Virus record (IMG/VR): IMGVR_UViG_2703718851_000003
Length of the DNA stretch: 32,999 bases
Reading direction: 5' to 3' (one strand)
Source: a virus
Lineage: Duplodnaviria; Heunggongvirae; Uroviricota; Caudoviricetes
This document shows positions 1 to 8,421 of the stretch, in pieces (position 1 is the first letter of the stretch; every line of letters starts with the position of its first letter). The notes beneath the pieces are model-generated. The model saw only the letters and a list, made by a program, of their open reading frames with translations. It was not told the DNA's origin and did no database searches. A program made the position numbers and the translations under genes.

Positions 1-219
1 TTACATCCACATAATTTGCTGCCCTGACGGCAACGGGTGCGGCCTTACTGCGTGGACTTCTCCCGGCTTCACGATGTATCGCTGTACCGACTCATAAGTG
101 ATGAACGTGGCGCTGCAATTCACGTTCTGACACTGGTGATAACGCTCTTTTGTCGTGTCAGTGATATAGCGACTTGTACGCGCATGTGCGGCATGCTGGC
201 ATAAAGGACAATGAAACAT
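1..219 (-). CDS. ogr: Late gene transcription activator Ogr (zinc-finger)
   Basis: Track ORF 1..282 trimmed to the internal ATG at 219, giving 72 aa (MFHCPLCQHAAHAR...); Cys-x2-Cys ... Cys-x4-Cys zinc-finger pattern; last gene after D as in P2. Confidence 0.9.
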   Translation of the reverse strand: MFHCPLCQHAAHARTSRYITDTTKERYHQCQNVNCSATFITYESVQRYIVKPGEVHAVRPHPLPSGQQIMWM

Positions 220-300
220 CGCGAGCACCTCTTCCGGTTTTGTTGATGGTGCCATTTTAGTTAATTTATCCTTACAAAACAAACAGATAAATAAAACACA

Positions 301-1464
301 TCATTCTTCATCTTCTGTTTCGTACTCCACATCAGAAAGCCTGACCTCAAGCTCCAAGGACGTCGTGAAGCCGCTATTATTCAGAAAATGTGTCACCTTA
401 GTGATTGTCCAGTCCTGCTCGTCTATGACGCGCTTAAAGCCTGACACTTTGACCGGCGTTTCCGTGTAAATATCTGCACGACCGGTAGCCAGGCTGATGG
501 AGAACTCCGCAACGCCCCGTTGCAGCTTATCCCACTTCGCCTGAGCGGCGCGCATGGCCTGCGCTTTCGTGGCATATACCGTGGTCAGGGCAAAAACGTT
601 GTCAGCCTCACCGGCCATGTATTCACCTTCACGCGCTTCCGGTACTTTAGGCGCTTTCTTCTGCCTGACCGGTTTCGCTTTCGGGTGCTCCAGTGCGCGC
701 AGGTGTTTCTCTTTCTTTTTGCGTTTCAGTTTTACCTTCTGCTTTTGAGGCTTCGGGTCTTTGGTGTGTAGCCATTTTGCCGTTACACCAGTGTAGGCTC
801 CACGGTCAGCAATCGCAAAATGATGGCGGTCGCCGTCGCTGCGGGTTATGGTGACCTGCGGGATTTTTTTACCGCTGGCCGTCACTCCCTGCCCCGCTTT
901 GAGAAACAACAGTTTTCCCATTTTTACCGACACCTCACCGCCGTTGCGTTCAGCAAGGCGGGTCAGGAATTTTGCATCAGACTCCTGCGACTGGTCGATG
1001 TGCGGGATTTTAATTCCGGCCAGTGACGGCGCGACACTGGCTTCCAGCCTGTTACGGGAGGCTATCACCTCAACAATCGCACCGAGCGTGGTGTCATGCC
1101 AGGAGCCTTCACGGCGGGAATTGAGCGTCCCGCGAAAATCTGCACTCCGGGCGCGGATGGTAACCACATCCGGCGCGCCCCGGTGTTCAACCTCATCAAC
1201 GGTAAATTTCCCTTTGCATACCAGGGCAAAACCTTTCCAGCCGATATACACCGTCAGGACAGCGCCACGAACCGGCAGCCCGACCTGCCCGTCGGCATCG
1301 TTCAGTTCAATATCAAGCTGGTCAGCCTCAAAGCCCCGGTTATCCGTCAGGGTCATGCTCATCAGACGGTCGCTGATATTGCCGGTAATATCCCTGCTGT
1401 CGAGCATCAGCATGTAATCCGGCGTCAGCGTACTGCCTGCATCAAATGTCAGCGCATCCAGCAT
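301..1464 (-). CDS. D: Tail protein D (late control gene D)
   Basis: 387-aa ORF, ATG start verified, ATGA overlap with the U stop; position and length as P2 gpD. Confidence 0.9.
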   Translation of the reverse strand: MLDALTFDAGSTLTPDYMLMLDSRDITGNISDRLMSMTLTDNRGFEADQLDIELNDADGQVGLPVRGAVLTVYIGWKGFALVCKGKFTVDEVEHRGAPDVVTIRARSADFRGTLNSRREGSWHDTTLGAIVEVIASRNRLEASVAPSLAGIKIPHIDQSQESDAKFLTRLAERNGGEVSVKMGKLLFLKAGQGVTASGKKIPQVTITRSDGDRHHFAIADRGAYTGVTAKWLHTKDPKPQKQKVKLKRKKKEKHLRALEHPKAKPVRQKKAPKVPEAREGEYMAGEADNVFALTTVYATKAQAMRAAQAKWDKLQRGVAEFSISLATGRADIYTETPVKVSGFKRVIDEQDWTITKVTHFLNNSGFTTSLELEVRLSDVEYETEDEE

Positions 1465-1943
1465 TATCCCGCCCCCGTCATACCCGTGAATCTGGTCGCC
1501 ATACTGCCAGCCTTACCGATGAGCGATTCCGCCTGTTTACCGATATCGCCATAAAGCGCGGCCAGTGATTCATCAACGCGGGTGAGCGACAGCGTAAAAT
1601 CAATTTTCCGGGGTGTGCCGTCTGCAAAGAAAATACTCCCTGTTTCACTCACCCTGCTGATGACATACATGCCGTAAATCATGCCGGTGCCATCCAGCAA
1701 CGGCCACGCCCGACCTTCCTCTGCCATCAGCCTGAGCGTGGTCATCGTCAGCTTTCCGCCTGTCAGTTCGGGATAAAGCACACCGGCAAGCGTAATGTTT
1801 TCCTCACCCACACCGAGAAACTGAAAGGCATCCCGTTTACCGATACGGGAATTTGACGGCCAGCGATAATCTGATTCACGCTGCATGGCCTGGTGTGGCA
1901 GCGTCTGGCGCATAAAAACAAACATACCTAACGCGAGCATCAT
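1464..1943 (-). CDS. U: Tail protein U
   Basis: 159-aa ORF between T and D; length and position as P2 gpU. Confidence 0.88.
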   Translation of the reverse strand: MMLALGMFVFMRQTLPHQAMQRESDYRWPSNSRIGKRDAFQFLGVGEENITLAGVLYPELTGGKLTMTTLRLMAEEGRAWPLLDGTGMIYGMYVISRVSETGSIFFADGTPRKIDFTLSLTRVDESLAALYGDIGKQAESLIGKAGSMATRFTGMTGAG

Positions 1944-1957
1944 TTTTCGTCACCTCC

Positions 1958-4405
1958 TTAACCGTCATGCATCATGCTGGCACGGGCGCGCGCACGTTTA
2001 TCCCGCTCGTATTTTTCGAGCGCATCCTGTAACTGGCGGTCAAGCTGTGTTCCCGGCGCAGTACCGCCCGTCAGGTTGATGTGATATTCGTTTTTACTCT
2101 GGTCCACATAAGAGCGACCAGCCGGTGCCGTGACCGGCTGATAAGCCTGATAGCCTGCATAAGAGCTGGTCGCCGGAATATAACCACCGGTGCCATACGT
2201 GGCGGCATGAGTCCTTGCGGCGGTCTGGTCAAGTGTGTCTGACTCTTTGTTGATAACACCGAGTTTTTCCAGTACCCAGTCAATACCGCTGCGCAGTTTG
2301 TTGAACGCATTAAGCGGCAGCATCAGCGCGTCAGCCAGTGCCTGCCCGAACATGACGCCCGTGTCACGGCAACGGTTCAGGGTGTCCTGGGTGGCTTTGA
2401 CCGGGGCAATCAGGTTTTTAAACCACTGCCACGCGGCCTGTAACTTTTCGCCCAGCCAGTCAAACACCGGTTTCAGTGGCGTGAACAGCTCCCCCACCGG
2501 CGCAAATGCCGCTTTCAGCCCTTCAACCACACCGCCAAAGAATGCGCTGACAGGCCCCCAGTATTTACGGATAAGCAACGCCCCGGCGACAATGGCGGCC
2601 ACCACAGCCACAACCGGCCAGCTAATCGCCCCGATGGCCGTCATAACGGCACTACCAACCGTCGTGAAGATTGCCCCCATTGCGCCTGCTGCCGCGATGA
2701 TGGCATTGATGCCGGTGATAACCGGCCAGGCTACAAGACCAATTGCACCGATGATGCCAGTAAGCGCCAGCGCACCACCGGCAATGAGGCCAATGGTTGA
2801 CGCCAGTGATTTGTTTTTCTGTATCCAGCCGTCGAGTTTTAACACATACTTTGTGGCCGTCTGCGTGAGCTTACGCAGCGCGCCTTCCTGCTGGTCAAAC
2901 AGGTCAGTCCCCACCGCCTCATAAGCGGACTGAAACTCCTTAAAGTCACCGCCGAGGTTATCCTGCATGATTTTAACCAGCTCTTCCGTTTTACCGTCCG
3001 AGGCTTTCAGCGTGGCGGTCAGCGTATCCAGTTTTCCGCTTGCTGCCGCTGCCAGTAAAACGTTCGCTGATTTCAGGGCTTCCTCACCAAAAATGGTTTT
3101 AAGGTATTCCCCCTTCTGAGACGTTCCCAGCTTGTGTTTATCAAAGCTGGCCTGAATCTCTTTCAGAATGGTGAACAACGGGCGCATATTTCCCTTTTTG
3201 TCCGAGGTTTTAACGCCAAGCTCTTTGAGTGCATCCCATGCTTTCCCTGTCGGAGCCTGTAATCGGGTGACAACGGCACTGCTACCCGTACCCGCCATTG
3301 ACCCCCTGATGTTATTGTCATGCAGCACACCTGTCATGGCTGCTGCCTGCTCAAGACTTACACCTGCCGTCTTCGCAACCGGGCCGAGATAAGTCAGTGC
3401 ATCACTGAGTCCCTGAAAATCAGCCGCCGACTTATTCATCGTTGCCGACAACACGTCGCCCACATGACTGACATCATCATTTGACAGTTGAAAGGATGCC
3501 TTAGTCCCCAGCAACAGTTGCGCGTTTTCTTCCATCGACCGCTGATTCGCCAGTGCCATATTCAGCGTGACCGGCGTTGCCGCCTGAATAGCCGCAGCAT
3601 CTCCACCGGCTTTCGCAATGATAATCTGTGCACCGGCTGCATCATCCGCCGAGGCGGCAGTATTGTCACCGAGCTGGCGCGCCTGCTTGCGGAGTGCGGC
3701 CATTTCGGCGGAGTCTTTTGCCACGCCGAGCACGGCCTGCAATTCTGAGTTTTTCTGCGCAAACTCATAACCGGGCATCAGCAACTTAACACCGGCCATC
3801 GTTCCCGCCGCCGCAATCCCCACACCGGCAGCGCCCACTGAGGCCATAGTTCCGGCCAGTTCCTTTCCGGCCTGATAACGCTGTTTTACTGCGTTAAGTT
3901 TTGCCTGTTGCGCACTGACACGCGCCAGCGCGTCACGCTGCCGGTTAAGCTGCGCGGTGGTTTCACTGATACGGTTTTTCAGCCCCTGCTCATCATGTGC
4001 AAGATTGCGGGTATTAATTCCCACAGCAGCCAGTTCCCGCTGCTGGCGTTTAACGGAATCCGTCAGGCGGTTATATTTCGCCTGTAAGTCCTCCGCTGCT
4101 CGCTTTGCGGATTCCAGCACTTTCGCCTGAGCACGGGTCGGACGCTCGGTGTTTTTAAACTGTGTGGCAAGGGCTTCGGCCTCCTGCCGTGCCTTTTCAA
4201 GTGCATGACCAGTCACGGCGAGCTGTGCACTGGTCTTGCGGAATCCCTCAATACGGGATGCCTGACCGTTCAGCTCGCGCAGTGATTTTTGTGTTTCCCG
4301 GATATCACCCGACAGCGACCTGCTCGCTGTACGGATGGATTTAAACGGGCGGGATGCCTGGTCAACAGCCCTGAGCAATACCTGTAATTTTACATTGTCA
4401 CTCAT
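1958..4405 (-). CDS. T: Tail tape measure protein T
   Basis: 815-aa ORF, Ala/Gly-rich with a central hydrophobic stretch typical of tape measure proteins; start MSDNVKLQ overlaps the E' stop; same length as P2 gpT. Confidence 0.92.
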   Translation of the reverse strand: MSDNVKLQVLLRAVDQASRPFKSIRTASRSLSGDIRETQKSLRELNGQASRIEGFRKTSAQLAVTGHALEKARQEAEALATQFKNTERPTRAQAKVLESAKRAAEDLQAKYNRLTDSVKRQQRELAAVGINTRNLAHDEQGLKNRISETTAQLNRQRDALARVSAQQAKLNAVKQRYQAGKELAGTMASVGAAGVGIAAAGTMAGVKLLMPGYEFAQKNSELQAVLGVAKDSAEMAALRKQARQLGDNTAASADDAAGAQIIIAKAGGDAAAIQAATPVTLNMALANQRSMEENAQLLLGTKASFQLSNDDVSHVGDVLSATMNKSAADFQGLSDALTYLGPVAKTAGVSLEQAAAMTGVLHDNNIRGSMAGTGSSAVVTRLQAPTGKAWDALKELGVKTSDKKGNMRPLFTILKEIQASFDKHKLGTSQKGEYLKTIFGEEALKSANVLLAAAASGKLDTLTATLKASDGKTEELVKIMQDNLGGDFKEFQSAYEAVGTDLFDQQEGALRKLTQTATKYVLKLDGWIQKNKSLASTIGLIAGGALALTGIIGAIGLVAWPVITGINAIIAAAGAMGAIFTTVGSAVMTAIGAISWPVVAVVAAIVAGALLIRKYWGPVSAFFGGVVEGLKAAFAPVGELFTPLKPVFDWLGEKLQAAWQWFKNLIAPVKATQDTLNRCRDTGVMFGQALADALMLPLNAFNKLRSGIDWVLEKLGVINKESDTLDQTAARTHAATYGTGGYIPATSSYAGYQAYQPVTAPAGRSYVDQSKNEYHINLTGGTAPGTQLDRQLQDALEKYERDKRARARASMMHDG

Positions 4406-4825
4406 TCGTGTTTCCGCTTCGCCGGAGCGCCTTTTCGCGCCATGTGATGAGTTCGGTCAGGCTCATGGGATACAGTTCTGATGGCGGCCAGTGAAATATC
4501 ACTGCCACATCCGCCATCAGGTCATCGACCGAGAAATTTTTCGGGAACGTCACTGCACCGAGTTCGGCGACAAAAAACCGACCACCTTACCGGCCAGCGC
4601 CACAAGGTCAGGCAGTTCCAGCGCGGCGACCTCCTGCTCGGTCAGCATTGGTGCCGTCATGCGCGGCAGCACCTTAATCAGCGCATCGACTTCGGAGTTT
4701 GCGACCGCAGCCAGACTGACACCGCGCAGCGTCCCGGCATTGGGTTTCATCAGCGTGACCTGTTCGATAACCTGCTCACCACGCTTGACCGGATTGTCCA
4801 GGGTAATCACATTTTCTTTGTTCAT
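4398..4825 (-). CDS. E+E': Tail assembly chaperone E+E' (programmed -1 frameshift product, about 142 aa)
   Basis: Minus-strand heptamer TTTTTTG at 4577..4571. The -1 frame stays open for 57 codons (VAELGAVTFPKNFSVDDLMADVAVIFHWPPSELYPMSLTELITWREKALRRSGNTNE) and stops at 4400..4398, overlapping the T start. Same architecture as the P2 E/E' and lambda G/GT recoding. Confidence 0.8.
4550..4825 (-). CDS. E: Tail assembly chaperone E
   Basis: 91-aa ORF upstream of T; contains the slippery run GGT TTT TTG near its 3' end. Confidence 0.9.
   Translation of the reverse strand: MNKENVITLDNPVKRGEQVIEQVTLMKPNAGTLRGVSLAAVANSEVDALIKVLPRMTAPMLTEQEVAALELPDLVALAGKVVGFLSPNSVQ
4571..4577 (-). other. Slippery heptamer T6G for the E to E' -1 ribosomal frameshift
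   Basis: Read directly from the sequence: plus caaaaaa, minus TTTTTTG in the E zero frame as GGT TTT TTG. Confidence 0.75.
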
Positions 4826-4881
4826 GGTTTTCTCACTTCTGAATCGGGGTTAACCGGTCAGCCAGGCTGACCGGATGAAAA

Positions 4882-5400
4882 TCACAGGCCGATATTGCGG
4901 CGGTGTTGCTCCAGCCGGTCGACGCCGTTCACCTTCTCAATCATGTTGATGGTGTCGATTTCGACCAGCTCCTTACCGTCCATCGTCAGCCGGAAATAGG
5001 TGCAGACCACGGAGATTTTCGACTCGGTGTCTTCTCCCTGTTTGCCCTCGCCGGTGTCGATTTCTTTCTGACGTCCACGCATGACCACTTCGACGGCCAC
5101 CGTTTCGCCGGTATCGTCACGCTGGTAAGAGCCTGCAAAACGAATCGGCACAGCATCCACACCGGTTGCGGCGTAAAGCTCCCAGATAACCGAATCCGGG
5201 AAGCCACCGAGCGACCACTCCATTGACAGCGCATCGTCATCAAGGCCGAGGTCTACCGGTGCGCTGCCGTTCATCCCCGCACCGCGATAGTTTTCGAGCT
5301 TACGGGTCAGTTTTGGCAGCGTGACGGACTTTGCAACGCCCTGATAGCTGTAGCCGTTCAGAAAGACGTTCATTAACTTGAGTTTGCGCGGCATTGCCAT
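4882..5400 (-). CDS. FII: Tail tube protein FII
   Basis: 172-aa ORF directly downstream of FI; length and order as P2 gpFII. Confidence 0.9.
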   Translation of the reverse strand: MAMPRKLKLMNVFLNGYSYQGVAKSVTLPKLTRKLENYRGAGMNGSAPVDLGLDDDALSMEWSLGGFPDSVIWELYAATGVDAVPIRFAGSYQRDDTGETVAVEVVMRGRQKEIDTGEGKQGEDTESKISVVCTYFRLTMDGKELVEIDTINMIEKVNGVDRLEQHRRNIGL

Positions 5401-5412
5401 CGGTCAGGCTCC

Positions 5413-6603
5413 TTAATTGCTGTTAACCGAGGTGACCAGATTTGCCAGGTATTTATCGGTAATACGCTGGCGCAGGGTCAGGTTTTCAAGAGGAGGCACC
5501 GGGGTATAGTCATAGTCGATATACAGTTTTCCGGCCTTGAGGGTTTCCGCATCATTGGATTCTTCGCTGAACCAGCAGGTCGCATCCACGATATAGCCGT
5601 TTGTTTTCAGCTCACGGAATTTGGCATTGATGCCGTCAACGATGTCGCGAATCAGCGTTGCAGTGATGGGCTTGTCCACCGCCCACATGTGCGCCTCAGC
5701 CATCGTGTCGGCCAGCACCTGCGCGGTGCGGGTGTAGTTTTCAAAGAGGAACAGCGGGTCATCGGAGCAGGTACGGTTACCCCAGAAGCGGAAACCGTCG
5801 CGGCGAATCAGCGTAGTGACGCCTGACTCGTTAAGCAGGTCAGCATCGGTGCCGGACTCCTGCAAATCCCAGAAGACGGATGCGCTGATGCCGGTAACAC
5901 CGTTCACCCCGACATTGGACAGCGTTTTATGCCAGCCCTGCTCCTGGTCGATTTTAGCGCGCAGACCCAGCGCACGGGCGGTGGCATACGCGGTGGCGGT
6001 GGTACTGGTGACCGTATCCCATGCGAGGAAATCCGGCCAGATGACCATCAGCTCACGCTGGCTGAAATTCTGGCGGTAGGCTTTCACCTCGGAAATGGTT
6101 TTACAGCCCCATGCGCTGATATACCCGAAAGCGCGCAGCTTCTGACAGACTGATGCCAGTGCAACAGCCACCTCTTTGGTGTCCAGTCCCGGCACGCCGA
6201 GAATACGCGGTTTAACACCGGTTACCGACTCTGCCGCCAGCAGGGCTTTCAGTCCGGTGTACTGACCGTTTTCGTCGGTGGTGCCGATGATATTGGAAAC
6301 GGTCTGCGCGAGTTTCGTTTCCTCGTCGTCACCGGTGCCGTCTTCCACACGCACGACAACGGTGACCGGTTTTGACTGGTCGGCGATGGCCTGTAACGAC
6401 GCCGCCAGCGTGCCTTTTTTACCGGCCTTTGCAATTGCGCTCTGCACATTGGTAATCAGCACCGGTTTATTGAGGGGGAAGGTTTCCGCATCCGCATCGC
6501 TGGCCGTGCAGACCATGCCGACAATGGCAGTGGATACGGTGGAAATGACGCGGGTGCCGTCGTTAATCTCCAGCACCTGCACGCCGTGATGATAGTCACT
6601 CAT
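5413..6603 (-). CDS. FI: Contractile tail sheath protein FI
   Basis: 396-aa ORF, first gene of the FI-FII-E-T-U-D block; length as P2 gpFI. Confidence 0.92.
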   Translation of the reverse strand: MSDYHHGVQVLEINDGTRVISTVSTAIVGMVCTASDADAETFPLNKPVLITNVQSAIAKAGKKGTLAASLQAIADQSKPVTVVVRVEDGTGDDEETKLAQTVSNIIGTTDENGQYTGLKALLAAESVTGVKPRILGVPGLDTKEVAVALASVCQKLRAFGYISAWGCKTISEVKAYRQNFSQRELMVIWPDFLAWDTVTSTTATAYATARALGLRAKIDQEQGWHKTLSNVGVNGVTGISASVFWDLQESGTDADLLNESGVTTLIRRDGFRFWGNRTCSDDPLFLFENYTRTAQVLADTMAEAHMWAVDKPITATLIRDIVDGINAKFRELKTNGYIVDATCWFSEESNDAETLKAGKLYIDYDYTPVPPLENLTLRQRITDKYLANLVTSVNSN

Positions 6604-6711
6604 CCGTTTAACTCCGTGGTTAATGGGTGAGTGGTATTTTCAGTTGTGCCGGAGATGTCAGGCTATTTGTCCCGGTTGGCTAATCGACAGCACAACCACC
6701 GGTAAAGAAAA

Positions 6712-6730
6712 GGCGGGCAATTTGCCCGCC
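6712..6730 (-). terminator. GC-rich hairpin followed by a T-run on the minus strand (intrinsic terminator candidate upstream of FI)
   Basis: Near-palindrome ggcgggcaatttgcccgcc; the minus strand continues TTTTCTTT. Lies between the Z/fun-locus gene and the FI start. Confidence 0.55.
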
Positions 6731-6929
6731 TGTCCTGATTTGTACTCACTCATTTTCCGACTGACAATTTACATAGCCCAAACGCTATCAAATCTGACAG
6801 TCTGCTTTGGGTAAACTGATAATGGGCAGAGCTTTGTATGGCTAACTTCAGCATGATACCTTACAGTCAAGCTGACAAAAGGCGGAATGATTATTCGTTG
6901 ATACACATCCTCCTGTAAGGAAACAAAGC

Positions 6930-7700
6930 ATGTATAAAGAACTTATAGAACAGAGACTGAATGAGGCAAAAGCCGCCAGAGCTGCGCTGAGCAAGACTAA
7001 TGGTGTAATTGTCGAAAAAACACATAACCCTGACCGCGGACTGTATCTCGTTAATTATGCCAATTTACTTATGAACAGGCAGATAGACATCTTCGATGAT
7101 GCGCTTCTCCTCCTCGAAAACGAACGATACCAAAGCGCTTGTATTGTTAGCCGAGGAATGATTGAAACTCATGCCTTCTCACGACTCTTAAACAAGAAAG
7201 TAGAGAAAATTTTGACTACCCAAAATGGCCACGCAAGTGTAGATAACGCTATCGAAGTTATATTGAACTTTACGAATAGTTCTCGATTTAAAAAGTCAGA
7301 GCAAGAAAAGATTCAGAAAGGAGTATTTGACCCGAACGACTACATGTTTACTGAGGAGGCTAAATATCGTTTTGAAAACCTACTTGCTGTCAGTATGCAT
7401 GTGATGACTGCTTTACGCGAACTCTATAAAGATGAGATGAAGCAGACTAATCAGATGGAAAGTGATTTTGAACTGACTTATGACATACTTAGCGAATATG
7501 TTCATCCTTCACAAACGAGCATCTACCACTACTACACACCTGAAACCCACTTAGTTCCTACTTCAGTTGGTAATATTCATGCTTATGTGCATGCTCAGCT
7601 ACAATGTGTGAGAGCGCTACTTTTCATATTAGAAGCAAAGAGTCAACATTATTGGTCTACACAGTTAGCAAATGAGATGACCAAACGAGCTAAAGAGTAA
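6930..7700 (+). CDS. AT-rich accessory protein of unknown function at the Z/fun locus (opposite strand to the tail genes)
   Basis: 256-aa ORF with AAGGA Shine-Dalgarno 8 nt before the ATG; visibly AT-rich; occupies the slot between FI and G where P2 carries the non-essential Z/fun gene. Homology to Fun itself cannot be confirmed from memory. Confidence 0.75.
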   Translation: MYKELIEQRLNEAKAARAALSKTNGVIVEKTHNPDRGLYLVNYANLLMNRQIDIFDDALLLLENERYQSACIVSRGMIETHAFSRLLNKKVEKILTTQNGHASVDNAIEVILNFTNSSRFKKSEQEKIQKGVFDPNDYMFTEEAKYRFENLLAVSMHVMTALRELYKDEMKQTNQMESDFELTYDILSEYVHPSQTSIYHYYTPETHLVPTSVGNIHAYVHAQLQCVRALLFILEAKSQHYWSTQLANEMTKRAKE

Positions 7701-7890
7701 GGCCTAAGCCCTGCAATGTGTTTATTTGAAAAATATTTCAATTTTTTCTTTGTATGCTGTAAATGACCTGAGCCCCTCTGACCAGAGAGCCTTGATGTTA
7801 TCAATGTCCGCTCTTGGCACAGAGCGGACTGTCAGATTAGGGGTTACTCTGTGTTATAGATATGTGAGCTCACACCAGAGTTTATACAGC

Positions 7891-8418
7891 TTATTGTGGC
7901 ATTTCCGGCCATTCAGGATTTGCAGGATCCACACGACTGACCAGAACGCTGTAGCGTTCCCATGACTCCAGTCGTGCGCGCTCCTCATCCGTCGCCATAT
8001 TCAGCCTGACGGCGCGTTCCAGCGGCTGAATAACGCTTTCCGCTTCGGAAAGTAACGCGGCCTTTTGTGATTCTGCCTGTTGTTGCTGTTCATCTGCCGT
8101 ATAAATCCGTTTAACCACAGCACCATCCTTAAACATCCATTTACCTGAGTCGTCAGCACGTCGATTGGAGGTAATATCAGGAACCTCAACAACGCTAAAA
8201 CCTTCAGGATTAAGCGTTGAAGCATCTCTGGTGATGGCGACAATAATATTATTTTCATCGTAAACAATCTTTATTGTGTCTGGCTGAAAGTTCTTCACTT
8301 CCTCATACCAGTTTTTTCCGTCTTCGGACCATAACCAGATAACATCAAAATTCTTTGTTAGCTGATATTGCTCTTTTGTTTTTGGATTACCTGACTTAAT
8401 GTTCTTTAAATGCTGCAT
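7891..8418 (-). CDS. G: Tail fiber assembly chaperone G
   Basis: 175-aa ORF immediately downstream of H; length as P2 gpG. Confidence 0.9.
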   Translation of the reverse strand: MQHLKNIKSGNPKTKEQYQLTKNFDVIWLWSEDGKNWYEEVKNFQPDTIKIVYDENNIIVAITRDASTLNPEGFSVVEVPDITSNRRADDSGKWMFKDGAVVKRIYTADEQQQQAESQKAALLSEAESVIQPLERAVRLNMATDEERARLESWERYSVLVSRVDPANPEWPEMPQ

Positions 8419-8421
8419 AAC

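Noticed and set aside
848-1554. Plus-strand ORFs 848..1417 (189 aa) and 1096..1554 (152 aa)
   Set aside because: Antisense to the conserved tail gene D, no start or ribosome-binding signal of their own; typical shadow ORFs.
2235-2924. Plus-strand 229-aa ORF
   Set aside because: Lies antisense inside the tape measure gene T; low-complexity Ala/Ser/Thr-rich translation typical of an antisense frame.
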